A stretch of 64,000 nucleotides of DNA from a virus: positions 95,935-159,934 of the IMG/VR virus record IMGVR_UViG_3300007734_000760, one strand, 5' to 3'. Within the stretch, counting starts at the first letter, position 1; the number at the start of each line of letters is the position of its first letter. Below, piece after piece: positions 30,401 through 40,643 of the stretch. Below the pieces are notes generated by a model, which did no database searches, was not told the origin of the DNA, and saw only the letters and a list, made by a program, of their open reading frames with translations. A program made the translations under genes and the position numbers.

Positions 30401-32977
30401 TACTTTATTAGAAACAATATTTTTAATACCTGCAGGAAATTGATCTAAGTATATTATTTCTGTATTAGGTAAAAATGAATAAGAACCACTTAATGTATAA
30501 GCATTAGTTCCTAATGTTGTTGCTGGGGCTTTAGGATGAATTGAGTTTCTAGTTGAACCACTAATATCTAATAAACTACCTAATGGAGCTCTAAATATTA
30601 ATGAATTATAAGATGATTGAGAACCACTTAATTGATTTGATTCAATTGAATAAGGATTCATTACATAATCATCAAATACGCTTTGACTTATTTGAGTACT
30701 ATAAAATCTTAATTCTTGAAATGATCCTGAAAATGGAGTATATGTTTTTCCTACTATGGTTTTATTAGTAGGATATGATAAATAAAAATTACTTGCTAAT
30801 GCTGAGTCAATCCAATATCCTCCTCCTAATACACTACTTGATGCTTGAAAACCTATTTTGTTTCCATCATATCCAGAATATATTTTATTTTTAGTGTATA
30901 AACTACTAGTATTATTATTAGTAGTAACTAATACTGACCACCAATCTTTATTAAAAAAAGGTAAATAAATACTAGCTGAGACATTATTTTTGTCTATTAA
31001 TTTTAAAGTACCATACTGGTTATTTGTATCAGGAATAGAACTATCATATGAACCACTAGTATATCCACTTCCGCTATATTCTAAAACTACGTTAAAAAAT
31101 GAACCAGAAAATGAAGCTAAAGATTGACTAAAACTAGAAGTAACAGGAATGCCTGTTGATTTAAATCTAAATTCAATTGAACTTAATGAAGAACTATTTA
31201 TACCTAATGGTATACTTTTTATTAAATAACCTGAACTAGTTGTAAAAAATTCATAATTAAATTGATTTTGAAATTGATCCCAATCATTAGTATTAATTTT
31301 ATTTTTACCTCCAAATTCACTTATTCTAAGAATAGTATCAGGAATGCCATAAATATTAATCAATAATCTTAAACCTTCTATTGTGCCTTTTTTCTTATAT
31401 AATAAAGGTAAATTATGATAAATGCGTTTATAAAGTTCTGTGTTAACATCATCTAATGGAATAATACTATTAGAAGCAGTAACATAGTTTGTAATTAATT
31501 CACTTCCTGTAGGAGGAAGTAATCCTAAATTAGAAGTAATACCTAAAAATGAAGAATATAAGTCTGTTGTAGAAAAATTATTTTGATAAATCTTAATTCC
31601 AAAATCTCTTAAAATATCAGATATTACATCTTTTGATGTGTTATAATTTATTCTATTATCTGAATTGTATTTGTTAGTTACTTCACCATAATATAGATAT
31701 AAAGTATCAAAATGTTGACCTAACATTTCAATAAATAATTCGTATTGAGCGTTATTTGGATCTTCTCTTAAATATAAAGGAATGTTATTTATTAACGCAT
31801 CTTTATTTTCTGAATCGTATAAAGAAGCTGAAACTAATTGAGTTATTAAAAACGCATTGCCTAATGAAGAGGTAGTAGCATAATTAATATATGGTTGTAA
31901 TGTGTTAGATTTAGGCCAAGAAGTACTACCTGAATTGTAATATAAATGGTATTCGTATCCATCTAATCCCTCTTCTATTTCTTTAATTTTATTTAAAAAT
32001 ACATTTTGACTAGAAGATAAATAATAATTAGAAGAACCATTTGAAGAACTTATATATTGTCTATTATATTGTTCAAGTAAAGATAACTTATAATAAAAGT
32101 TTTCTAATCTAGTTTCAGCTGAGGAAAAATGAATAAAGTTATTATAATCTGTATAATCTATATTTAATCTAATTGATTTATTATTTAATATATTATTTAA
32201 CTGATTAGATAAAGAAGAAGATTTTGTACTTTGGAGTGTGTTATAATTAGTATATAAAGTAGAATTATTAATTTTATCTTTTGTAAAAATATTAAAGTTA
32301 GGACCTTTAATTTGAGTAATATTTAAATTATTTTCAAATACAGATATTAGTTCTATAAAGTTAGCTATAGAATCAGCTAATTTTATCCCACTCCAAAATT
32401 CAGAATTTATGTCAAACTGTTGAGGTAAAGGTTCATATAATTTAATTAATAAATCTGTTCCATCTAATAATATATTGTTAGCTATAATTAGATCGTTTTC
32501 TCCAAAGTTTAAATAAAAATCAGGAAAATAATTTGTATTATTATATTTATTTACAAAATCATTATATCCACTTATAATAAAAGAAGGATTTAATACATTA
32601 GAAGATATTCTTAATTCAGTTCTATCTGAACTTATAAGTGATATGTAATAAGTATTATCAATTGAAGAATTAAGAATAGGTTCAAAAAAATGATATAAAA
32701 CATAATATTGACCTTCATTAAAATTATATTTTTCTAAATCTGCTTTAAAATCTAAAACTACATCATTATTTAAAGTAGTATATTCTTTAAAATCATAATT
32801 AGAAAAAACAATATTTTTATTGTAATCTAAAACATGATATTCAATTTTATTAATATCGGGGTTGAATATAATGTCACTTATATTAAATGAAGATATTAAT
32901 GTACTATCATTAGTTTGATAGTTTTGAAATTCTAAAGTGTCTGCGTCAACAGATTGTATATTAATTATATTATCCAT
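27425..32977 (-). CDS. Large baseplate wedge/tail protein (1850 aa)
   Basis: EMLGQHFD and LYKKKGTIEGLRLLINIYG (P2 gpI/T4 gp7-like), beta-rich S/T/G composition. Confidence 0.7.
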   Translation of the reverse strand: MDNIINIQSVDADTLEFQNYQTNDSTLISSFNISDIIFNPDINKIEYHVLDYNKNIVFSNYDFKEYTTLNNDVVLDFKADLEKYNFNEGQYYVLYHFFEPILNSSIDNTYYISLISSDRTELRISSNVLNPSFIISGYNDFVNKYNNTNYFPDFYLNFGENDLIIANNILLDGTDLLIKLYEPLPQQFDINSEFWSGIKLADSIANFIELISVFENNLNITQIKGPNFNIFTKDKINNSTLYTNYNTLQSTKSSSLSNQLNNILNNKSIRLNIDYTDYNNFIHFSSAETRLENFYYKLSLLEQYNRQYISSSNGSSNYYLSSSQNVFLNKIKEIEEGLDGYEYHLYYNSGSTSWPKSNTLQPYINYATTSSLGNAFLITQLVSASLYDSENKDALINNIPLYLREDPNNAQYELFIEMLGQHFDTLYLYYGEVTNKYNSDNRINYNTSKDVISDILRDFGIKIYQNNFSTTDLYSSFLGITSNLGLLPPTGSELITNYVTASNSIIPLDDVNTELYKRIYHNLPLLYKKKGTIEGLRLLINIYGIPDTILRISEFGGKNKINTNDWDQFQNQFNYEFFTTSSGYLIKSIPLGINSSSLSSIEFRFKSTGIPVTSSFSQSLASFSGSFFNVVLEYSGSGYTSGSYDSSIPDTNNQYGTLKLIDKNNVSASIYLPFFNKDWWSVLVTTNNNTSSLYTKNKIYSGYDGNKIGFQASSSVLGGGYWIDSALASNFYLSYPTNKTIVGKTYTPFSGSFQELRFYSTQISQSVFDDYVMNPYSIESNQLSGSQSSYNSLIFRAPLGSLLDISGSTRNSIHPKAPATTLGTNAYTLSGSYSFLPNTEIIYLDQFPAGIKNIVSNKVKIKNNTLPTGNVLSTNRSLQQNYIVSESYTRDTNYVEVAFSPQNEINNDISTQLGYFNIGDYIGDPRQLVNKNTTFYPDFNKIRDDYFLKYSSSYNTLDYVRLIKYFDNSLFKLIKDFTPARTNLASGVVIKQHLLERNRYSPAQIEHELQTQNYTSSFKSFPSNYSGSILYEFSGGPGGMFPYLDGRSGSYITTNSYPGAVNVAQRWTELNNGPLGLSTFFHTDLVELFTGEFKGSILTVSTQSLTAANPFDHELPKSFDYDLKFYYDIPLFDYRTYFVTATDLGKMIFTLDITSTTNEYSKILISKQDKNGVNNTLSLRYLQTLKVFYTNAQVITYDVIYKNEFINYFVLTIKKNLTNYSLDNNILDYNLSASGNIKGTNFTPFTGGTGTTVGDSAPIIFTLSSSAAQVDPRGYYTGSFDNPNNPAINVTASIYTIKDYINIPIAITASGLLTTNNISSPNKWTGTVSIWKYNYVTAGKSALSFDVITGGGGNGLQNQPNAELVSTIQEFAPLAFDYQTGSFNVKVIDTNPKYGDSYFVLIGCPNANVVPISASLAVLTINPLSASQAPNSNSILLSPFLPQPFEGTNYDVLYGSIDKMEASKNYQKVEYNSYNTINSEYFKQLLSGSAKKADVKDFYYQAKRHIYPRYNGSRNSSDNFNTSSIVQVNKLQTKTSGGLYLYPSKNQSVADNYDTLIYEFSSINTPYELPFLSKINVNQIINTDTTSSAVTIASSNPVFTFIKEKIKNNDLLKASYYNASFNNLPFTLKAKGFASPTSYNVWSPTIPFNNGDKSVSPLIIESGSNVIKVSTIGSVANITTQNNSYILGTISPTIQFATDISESILSGESWYLTLYTGSFTYPISISPSTTLTTIINSQIISASTTVNSVTGNRSVFKIISSSIQSNNLSLYCVVPTANGKFDSTVYIGSDQYPLISALLWKDNKNGGGVLIDKIPQNINSQGNFTTPTVLPFIQNNLDYITQNFGNRPKT

Positions 32978-33339
32978 TATGTTGGAACTTTAGGTATTGT
33001 AGATTTAATAGTATTTACTAATTGTAATTGTAATTGTAAGTTTTCATTTCTTAAAACAGTAACTTCATCTAAAAGAGCTTTAGCTCCATCATCAATAAAT
33101 TTGTAATCAGCAAATTCACTACTTGTTTTTATAAGATAAGCATGAGAATTAATATCTCCAAATTTTGGAATATCAAAAAATAACTTTTGGTATTGAGCAA
33201 AAAATTCAGAAACCTGATCTACAACAGGAACTTCAGGTGGGATTATTATAGGAGCTACTAATTCTTTAAAAGAAGTATCAATTATTTTTGTATACTGTCT
33301 TTTTTCGTATACAGTTTTATTTAAATTTATTTTATCCAT
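32977..33339 (-). CDS. Hypothetical protein in the baseplate operon
   Basis: ORF track; coupled to neighbours. Confidence 0.7.
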   Translation of the reverse strand: MDKINLNKTVYEKRQYTKIIDTSFKELVAPIIIPPEVPVVDQVSEFFAQYQKLFFDIPKFGDINSHAYLIKTSSEFADYKFIDDGAKALLDEVTVLRNENLQLQLQLVNTIKSTIPKVPT

Positions 33340-34468
33340 TTATTACTTTAAAATAATAATCATCATCTAATATTAATGTTTCTCCATTAATTAAAGTTTT
33401 AACTAATATCTTATAATATCTTTCAGGTTCAAGACCATTCATGTATATTTTAATATAATTGCCTTCACTATCTGCACTTATTTTAGTATAAACTGTGTCA
33501 AAATCAATTATAAACTCATTAGTATCTAAATCTTTTACAGCATAGTAAGAAGATGTAGGCAAGTAATAATTAGAAATATAAAATGAACTTGTTTGGAATG
33601 TACGAACAGGATATTGAGGACGCACATTTAATTTAAATTTTTTTATACTATTTTGATTAAAAAATCCTTCATTATTAGGCAATGTAATAACTATTTGTGA
33701 AGAAGTAATAAATGTATTTGTACTAGAACCTGTATTAAAAATATAATCATTCCATCTAAATTCTAATTGTGGAGGATAAATAGTATGAGTATCTACTGAA
33801 AATAAACTCATGTTAGGTTCAACTGATCCGCTTTGGTTGTATTCTAAACTTGAACTCCATTTTAAGATAACTCCATAATTATTAATACTTGATGAATACC
33901 AAGATTTAACTATATCAGTAATATCAGTATTAACATCTTTAATGCTTCTAATATTAAAAGATTGGGTTACATTATATTTTAATCCAGTTGAAGAGCCTGT
34001 GTACCAAACTCCTCCTCCAGGATTTGAAGTTTTAAATGAAGCTGTTACATAAGCACCAAATGAAGATGTAGCCCATTTATTTCCCCCACTAAATGTAGTC
34101 CAAGTCCAGCTTGTTCCATTTTGGGTTTCAGGTATGTTATCTGATTTTCCAGTTCCGTTTTCCCAATCTTGAGCTAAAGGATGAATAAATAAAGTTGAAT
34201 TATTAATTACTCCTGTAGTTTTAGCATTAAATAATCTAAGATTAGATTGCCACTGAGAGCTACTTACTAAATCATTTAATACATCTGATATTTCAGTAGA
34301 ATCAAAAGATATTAATGTTCTAGCTATTTCTGCGGTTGATATAAAAATTGGGTCTGAGTAGTATGTTTTGTTGTAAATCTCAAGTATAGAATCTAATCCT
34401 GAATTTTTGTCAGGATATAAAGAATATAATGTTGTATCTTTATTTGGAAATAGTTTATAAATAGCCAT
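33332..34468 (-). CDS. Virion structural protein (DNRLRE-like beta domain)
   Basis: KDTTLYS, RTLISFD, WENGTG, NYGVILK motifs. Confidence 0.6.
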   Translation of the reverse strand: MAIYKLFPNKDTTLYSLYPDKNSGLDSILEIYNKTYYSDPIFISTAEIARTLISFDSTEISDVLNDLVSSSQWQSNLRLFNAKTTGVINNSTLFIHPLAQDWENGTGKSDNIPETQNGTSWTWTTFSGGNKWATSSFGAYVTASFKTSNPGGGVWYTGSSTGLKYNVTQSFNIRSIKDVNTDITDIVKSWYSSSINNYGVILKWSSSLEYNQSGSVEPNMSLFSVDTHTIYPPQLEFRWNDYIFNTGSSTNTFITSSQIVITLPNNEGFFNQNSIKKFKLNVRPQYPVRTFQTSSFYISNYYLPTSSYYAVKDLDTNEFIIDFDTVYTKISADSEGNYIKIYMNGLEPERYYKILVKTLINGETLILDDDYYFKVING

Positions 34469-34477
34469 TGTATATTT

Positions 34478-36334
34478 TTATAATGATACTACACGTCCGT
34501 TAATATCTTGATTTAAATTTTTTACTTCAAATATAGAAGGATCTAATGAAGGATAAACTACATTATTATAAGTAGCTCCTTTAATATCATATCCATATTG
34601 AGAATATCCTAAACTTTCTCCAGCTTTATTAACAATTTCTACTACTTGAACGGTTTGAACACCTTCTACTTTATCTAATAAAACGTATATATCTCTTAAA
34701 ATAATAGGTTGATTTATTTGCCATTTATCTATAGAAAAATAACTTTGTAAAGCAACAATACAATTATTAAGAACATCATTATTATTATAATCAGGTAATA
34801 CTATTATATCAAAGTTAACACCTATATTAATAATAAAAGCATCTTTAATTTTAATAGTATCTCCTATTACTCTATATTGAGATAAATAAGTTGATAAATT
34901 TTGTTTTAATGTTACTGAGGCGTTGTTTAGGTTTTTATTTATATTATATGTTAAGACATATAAATCAAGTATAGACGGAATTTCTCCTATACCTATATTT
35001 GTAAGTTTAGCAGATTCAACATGTATTTTAGTAATTACTCCAAATCTAGAAGGCATGCTTAAAGCTCTAATCATGTAGTCATCTTGAGTAACAGTTCTTA
35101 ATTGCGTACTATAATTAGAAATAGTATTTTGTCTTATTTCTTCTAATGTATCTCCATCTCCTCCTCCATCAGCTGCTTCTAAATTATTCACTGCTAATGA
35201 ATTACGAATGGTTTGTGCAGTTACAGAATTTAAATTGCTGTTTAAAAATTTAATAGTTCCAGTAATTTGAGTTAAAGTATTTGAAGGGGCATTAGATGTA
35301 GCTCCTCCTCCTGTTAGATATCTTACTGTTAAAGTAGTATTTGAAGGAGCAATACCGTATGTGTTTGTAAAAATAAAATTAGTAGGACTATAAGCACTAG
35401 TTAATTTACTTTGTCCAAACGGAAGTCCTAATCCTACATTATCAGAATTAGGAATTATATTTTCATCAACATCGTTAGTTGTTCCAGCTCCAAATTGTAA
35501 TTGAAGTGAACCAGTATTTATAAATCTAGTTACAAATCGTCTTTGTACTTTTTTTAATTTTAATAAATATGGAGCGTCACCAACATTTTGATAATTATTA
35601 GGATCATTAGGATTTGTATTTTTTAAAGAATCATAAATAACATCTTGTGCTAAATGATCTACTTGATACCATTCATTACCTTCACTGTCTATTATATCTA
35701 ATACATCTATGATTTTTGAATTATTAATATTAACAGTTGAAAATTTTAATGGATTACCAAATGAAAATGTAGTAGTATTAATAGCTGCAGATATTGCTTT
35801 TACTTCTTTTTTTAATAAATAAAGCGTTGGGTTACCAGATGATATTTGATACACTGTTACTTCAGTAGGATCAGTAGAACTAGAAATTGAAAAATCTACT
35901 TCATCTTGAGTTATAAACGGAGCACCTCCTACAAAAGTAGAAGATACAGATGCATTTCTATTTATTTTTAAAGAATAATCAAAATCAGGAATATATGTAC
36001 TACCACTTAATTTTGATGGTAATAATTGATAAACTGATAACATTGAAGAAGCTACTCCTGTTACTTTTGGAGTATAATTAAACATGTAAGCTAATTCAAA
36101 TATATTATTTGATTGTCGAGCATATTGTAAATAGGTTTCTTGTACTTGATTATCTAAATAAAACGATAAAATATCACCAACGTATGCTGACATTTCCATA
36201 ACCATCATGCCTGGTGAAGCAGGACTAAAATCATTATAAGTAGTAGGAAAATACGTTTTAGTATAGTCTATTAAACTTGTTTTAAATGAATTAAAGTCTC
36301 TATTTAAGTATTTTATGTCTTTTTTATCAGCCAT
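34478..36334 (-). CDS. Baseplate wedge subunit (T4 gp6-like)
   Basis: YLNRDF, YVGDILSFYLD, GGGDGDTLEEIR, QLRTVTQDDY. Confidence 0.85.
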   Translation of the reverse strand: MADKKDIKYLNRDFNSFKTSLIDYTKTYFPTTYNDFSPASPGMMVMEMSAYVGDILSFYLDNQVQETYLQYARQSNNIFELAYMFNYTPKVTGVASSMLSVYQLLPSKLSGSTYIPDFDYSLKINRNASVSSTFVGGAPFITQDEVDFSISSSTDPTEVTVYQISSGNPTLYLLKKEVKAISAAINTTTFSFGNPLKFSTVNINNSKIIDVLDIIDSEGNEWYQVDHLAQDVIYDSLKNTNPNDPNNYQNVGDAPYLLKLKKVQRRFVTRFINTGSLQLQFGAGTTNDVDENIIPNSDNVGLGLPFGQSKLTSAYSPTNFIFTNTYGIAPSNTTLTVRYLTGGGATSNAPSNTLTQITGTIKFLNSNLNSVTAQTIRNSLAVNNLEAADGGGDGDTLEEIRQNTISNYSTQLRTVTQDDYMIRALSMPSRFGVITKIHVESAKLTNIGIGEIPSILDLYVLTYNINKNLNNASVTLKQNLSTYLSQYRVIGDTIKIKDAFIINIGVNFDIIVLPDYNNNDVLNNCIVALQSYFSIDKWQINQPIILRDIYVLLDKVEGVQTVQVVEIVNKAGESLGYSQYGYDIKGATYNNVVYPSLDPSIFEVKNLNQDINGRVVSL

Positions 36335-36739
36335 TTATAGTGTAATTTCTAGTTTATCAGATATATTAGTATAGGGTATGCTATAATTTAAAGATATATT
36401 TACAATATTAGTATCTTGAAATTGGGTTACTTCTAAATTATTTACTTCTATGTTAGGAAAGTATTGATTAATTTTTGTTTGAATATCATCTTTTAAAAAT
36501 GCTAAAGAATCATTATTTATTTGTTCAAATATAAATGCTTTTATGTTAGCTCCAAAATCATTATTTAAATATCTTTCATTTTTATTAGTTAAAAAATAAT
36601 TAATTAAATTAGCTTTTATAGCATCTTTAGTTAAATATGTAGAGTTAAATACCGCACTGCCATTAAAGGGAATATTAATTCCAATAGCTGTACTAGGTTT
36701 AGTATCTAAAGGAAATATTTTTCTTTCATTAAAAGCCAT
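36335..36739 (-). CDS. Baseplate wedge subunit (gp25-like)
   Basis: AIKANLINYFLTNKNERYLNNDFGA..IFE. Confidence 0.85.
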   Translation of the reverse strand: MAFNERKIFPLDTKPSTAIGINIPFNGSAVFNSTYLTKDAIKANLINYFLTNKNERYLNNDFGANIKAFIFEQINNDSLAFLKDDIQTKINQYFPNIEVNNLEVTQFQDTNIVNISLNYSIPYTNISDKLEITL

Positions 36740-37095
36740 TATTTTTTAATTAAATTCATTATTTGATCTAATCCTAATTGTCCTTCAGGTAAAGAACCAT
36801 TAACTGGATCTACTGGGCCTGTTACTTTAAAATTACCATCAAAACCCGATTTAGGTCCTTGTGATATTTCACCTAGTATATCCATATATGCTTTTTTAGT
36901 ATCTATATTTGATTTAACTGGTGATTGGGATTGGTGAGGAATCATATTAGTATTAAAATTTAACGTCTTATTATCGGATTCAGTAATAGACTGTTTGTTT
37001 CCGCGAATTGCTTCTAATAAAACTTCTTTTAATTCTTCTTGGATTGCTTCCTTTACAGCTTCTTTAATTAAATTTTTTAAAATGTCGGTTTTCAT
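36739..37095 (-). CDS. Hypothetical protein
   Basis: LIKEAVKEAIQEEL N-terminus. Confidence 0.75.
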   Translation of the reverse strand: MKTDILKNLIKEAVKEAIQEELKEVLLEAIRGNKQSITESDNKTLNFNTNMIPHQSQSPVKSNIDTKKAYMDILGEISQGPKSGFDGNFKVTGPVDPVNGSLPEGQLGLDQIMNLIKK

Positions 37096-37115
37096 CTGTT
37101 ATAAATATTATATTT

Positions 37116-38006
37116 TTATAGTTTTAAATCATCTCTATCAATTACATATATAAGTTCTTTTATTAATACTTGAGGAGACGCGGTAAATGAAGATTCACTT
37201 TGTAATACTATTACACCTGCTGGAGTTTTAGCAACAGCGTATTGTTTTGGAAAGCGAGTTTTATTTGTATTATCTGTTAATATTTCAAATTTAAATCCTT
37301 TATATGAATTTATAGGAGTTGGTTTTTCATTTTGTAAAGCATTAATTAATGGAGAATTTTGTATATTTGTTAAATTAGTAAATGTAAATCTATCTATAGG
37401 TACACCAGTATCACTTATTAAAGTATTAGCTTTAATATTTAAATTATTAAGAGCACCGTTTTGAGGATTATCAGGGACATTGTTTAAATCATTTAAATCA
37501 GTTGTGTTTGCTTCATTTATAAATTCTGCAGCGCAATCTTCTATTTTAGCATCTAATTGACTTAATAATACTAATATTTCATCTATAACTTCTACTATAA
37601 AATCTTTAATAGCGGAAAAAGCACTTACATTAGAAGAAAGAAAAGTTACTGTTTCTTTTGATATTGCTAATACATCACCATACACAATAGGAACACTCAT
37701 AGGAACACCTACTCCACCAATAGCTGTAGGAATAGGAATTAATTTTAAAATACTAATAGTAGTATCTAAAATAGGTAAAGTTTCATTTAAAGGTTTTATT
37801 ACTGTATTTACTTTGTTTATTTCATCTCTCATTTGAGTTAGTAGTTCTACTATTTCATTTCTAATTTTTATTATTCTTTCTAATTCAGATGGTATAGGAC
37901 ATCCTCTTTCAAATTTTTTAAGTAAATCTAATATTTGATTTATTATCAAAGATTTATTAGATACTATTAATTTTATAACAGATATTGCAAGTTGCGGTAA
38001 ACCCAT
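37116..38006 (-). CDS. Hypothetical virion-associated protein
   Basis: ORF track; position between gp5-like and gp25-like genes. Confidence 0.7.
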   Translation of the reverse strand: MGLPQLAISVIKLIVSNKSLIINQILDLLKKFERGCPIPSELERIIKIRNEIVELLTQMRDEINKVNTVIKPLNETLPILDTTISILKLIPIPTAIGGVGVPMSVPIVYGDVLAISKETVTFLSSNVSAFSAIKDFIVEVIDEILVLLSQLDAKIEDCAAEFINEANTTDLNDLNNVPDNPQNGALNNLNIKANTLISDTGVPIDRFTFTNLTNIQNSPLINALQNEKPTPINSYKGFKFEILTDNTNKTRFPKQYAVAKTPAGVIVLQSESSFTASPQVLIKELIYVIDRDDLKL

Positions 38007-38007
38007 A

Positions 38008-39246
38008 TTAATCTAAAAAAACAGTTTTTGATGTTAAATTACCATTATTTTTAATCTCAGCTTTTAATGCTGTTAATTCCATCTCGGCATTAGCTGCAGC
38101 AGCATTTACCGCCGCGTATGGAGCAGCAGGAAGTATTTCAATTAATGATGATAAAGCTTTAGCTATTTTTATTGTTTGTGTTAATATTCTGTCTAAAGCA
38201 TCTAATGTTTGTATTCCTCGTAGTGCGGGTTGACTAGCTGTTTTACTTCCTAATTGAATTTTTTCAGCACTAACTATAAAATTAGATTCAGTATCAAAAT
38301 TAAATCCCTTAACTGAGTTAAATCCTATTGTTAAAAAAGAATTTAATAATATATGATCTTTATTTGAATTAATTAATATACGATTAGCATTTAATATTAC
38401 TTGACTTCCAATGTATTGATTTAGTTTATCTGGAGCGCCAGTTTTATAACTTTTAGTTAAAAACTGAGCCGGAACGATTGGAATTTTTTGATTACTAGTA
38501 AGATAAATAGAAGATAAATCTTTATTTATATCTTCAGAAATAGGAATGTATCCTTCTTTTGATGAGTCTTCAGGTTGACCATTACTAATTATAGTAATTG
38601 GACTGCCATTTTCTCCAACATTAGACCAAGAATTTAATGGTGATTTAAATGTATTTCCTAAACGAATTGAGTTACTCCATCTTCCTTCTAAAATAAGATC
38701 ACCAGGAAATGGCCATAATGGATGTATGTTTCCTCGTTCTATAACTCCTGCTCCTAAATTAATGTTAGGTTGTTGAGAAGTTTCTTTATTAGTACTTCCT
38801 AAAGAAGATACTTTATAATTTTTATTTGTAGCGGATACTATAGGGACAGCATTGTGGTGAGGTGTATTCCACATATTAATAGCATTACTATAATAATGTT
38901 TTTTTGTTGGTTTTTTATCATCATCAAGTATACTTGTGTCATAAGTAGTAAAAATTTGAACTAATTCATTAACTAAAGGATATATTTTGATATTTGAGTT
39001 TAAAGGAGAAGCATTATTTATAGTAGAAGGTTTATTAATGTCTTCAAAAAATATAGTTCCTATTGTACTCCATTCACCTCTTTCAATAAAATAAGGATGT
39101 TTATCTGTTAAAACAATATCTGTTACTTTACCTACAATTTTATCATTATTACTTTCTAATTTATTATTAAATGATATATTGCTTAGTGATTCTAAATTTT
39201 TATTTAAAGATGCATTTAGTCCACCAAATCCTACTTTATTACTCAT
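38008..39246 (-). CDS. Baseplate hub/spike protein (gp5-like)
   Basis: OB-fold-like YPLVNELV; GDLILEGRWSNSIRLG; QVILNANRILIN beta-helix-like segment. Confidence 0.65.
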   Translation of the reverse strand: MSNKVGFGGLNASLNKNLESLSNISFNNKLESNNDKIVGKVTDIVLTDKHPYFIERGEWSTIGTIFFEDINKPSTINNASPLNSNIKIYPLVNELVQIFTTYDTSILDDDKKPTKKHYYSNAINMWNTPHHNAVPIVSATNKNYKVSSLGSTNKETSQQPNINLGAGVIERGNIHPLWPFPGDLILEGRWSNSIRLGNTFKSPLNSWSNVGENGSPITIISNGQPEDSSKEGYIPISEDINKDLSSIYLTSNQKIPIVPAQFLTKSYKTGAPDKLNQYIGSQVILNANRILINSNKDHILLNSFLTIGFNSVKGFNFDTESNFIVSAEKIQLGSKTASQPALRGIQTLDALDRILTQTIKIAKALSSLIEILPAAPYAAVNAAAANAEMELTALKAEIKNNGNLTSKTVFLD

Positions 39247-39580
39247 TTTTCTTTAATTTATCTATACTAGATAGTAATTGACTTTTTTCTGCTTCTGAAA
39301 TAGTAAATGGGTTGTCTCCATTATTTGTAGAAGAGTTTTGCATTCTTTGAATTATAGTTGCTAATTTAACTAACTGTTCGTCGTTTTTAACCCCAATTTC
39401 AAGGTATTCTTTAATTAAAGGAACAATTAATGTAGCATCGCCTATATCGCCTATCATAGGTTTTAATTCATTGATTAAGGCTGATATTTGTGTTTCTTTT
39501 TTCTTTTGATTATCGTAAATTTCTCCTAATAAGTCAGAAAATTTCTTTTTACCAAATATTATTTTATCTAAATCACTCAT
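39239..39580 (-). CDS. Hypothetical phage protein
   Basis: ORF track. Confidence 0.75.
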   Translation of the reverse strand: MSDLDKIIFGKKKFSDLLGEIYDNQKKKETQISALINELKPMIGDIGDATLIVPLIKEYLEIGVKNDEQLVKLATIIQRMQNSSTNNGDNPFTISEAEKSQLLSSIDKLKKNE

Positions 39581-39601
39581 ATAATAATAAATATATATAT
39601 G

Positions 39602-40312
39602 TTAGAATTTTACATATCCGTATTCTAAATAAAAAAGATAATTAGTTTTAAATATATCATTTAATTTATTAGATATTTTAGTTATGCGGGGAGTTTTAAC
39701 ATTTATAATTTCTCGTATATAAATATATAATGCTTTTTTATTAAATATTGTTAATTGATCTCGTTTTCTAAATAATTCAAGTATAGCATCTGCTATTTTA
39801 GCTTCTTCTTCTTTAGTAAATAAAGTAAATATATTATTAGTACAATATTCAACATATAAATCTACAAACAATGATAATTTATCATTGTAAGGTAATTTAT
39901 CATTAGGTAAGTGATTTTCCTCTATAACATATGGTTCAATAAGATCATCATTTAAAGCAGTAATAGGAATAGATATTACTTTCTTTTTATAATTTTTTTC
40001 ATTATATAAAATTAACCAACGTTTAACTATAGTTCCAAAATATGAAAATGCCTTAGCTCCTCTAGTTGAATCAAATAAATGAATTTTACTTAATAAGAAA
40101 GTTATGATTTCATGTTGTAAATCCTCTATATTTTCTACTTCAGTATGATAGAATTTAAAAGTATGAATTATATTTTGAGTTAATTTAAAAAAAGCATAAT
40201 GAATTTCTTCACCATATATTTTATTTTTTAAAGCAAAATCGTTTGTGCTGTTGTATCTTACAATAGCATCTTCAGTTGCTTGGGTAAAATAATTTTTATT
40301 AGGAGGAGCCAT
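39602..40312 (-). CDS. Phage RNA polymerase sigma factor (gp55-like late sigma)
   Basis: Region-2-like DLQHE...FDSTRGAKAFSYFGTIVKRWL. Confidence 0.7.
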   Translation of the reverse strand: MAPPNKNYFTQATEDAIVRYNSTNDFALKNKIYGEEIHYAFFKLTQNIIHTFKFYHTEVENIEDLQHEIITFLLSKIHLFDSTRGAKAFSYFGTIVKRWLILYNEKNYKKKVISIPITALNDDLIEPYVIEENHLPNDKLPYNDKLSLFVDLYVEYCTNNIFTLFTKEEEAKIADAILELFRKRDQLTIFNKKALYIYIREIINVKTPRITKISNKLNDIFKTNYLFYLEYGYVKF

Positions 40313-40581
40313 TATTTTTTTAATTTAAAGTCGTTTAGTTGATTTTGTAAATATTTTATTTGATCAAAGAAAAATCCTACTTCATCATCACTTTTAAATG
40401 TTTCTTTAGCATCTATTTCTTTTAATTTTTTATCTGAAAAATCAATTACGTTAGATATATTTTCCATATAGTTTTTACAAAACTCAATTGTATCTTCTTG
40501 ACTTTCATTTTTCTTAAGTAAATTATAAGTTGTATAACTTAATATTACTATTAGTATTAACATTATAATAGTTATTATCAT
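40312..40581 (-). CDS. Small membrane protein
   Basis: N-terminal TM helix followed by coiled coil. Confidence 0.7.
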   Translation of the reverse strand: MIITIIMLILIVILSYTTYNLLKKNESQEDTIEFCKNYMENISNVIDFSDKKLKEIDAKETFKSDDEVGFFFDQIKYLQNQLNDFKLKK

Positions 40582-40593
40582 ATTTTATTGAAT

Positions 40594-40627
40594 AGAAAAG
40601 GTTGTGGCTTTATTAACCACAACCCTT
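40594..40627 (-). terminator. Intrinsic terminator
   Basis: GGTTGTGG/CCACAACC hairpin followed by TTTT. Confidence 0.7.
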
Positions 40628-40643
40628 ATTAGTTTTTAATTAG

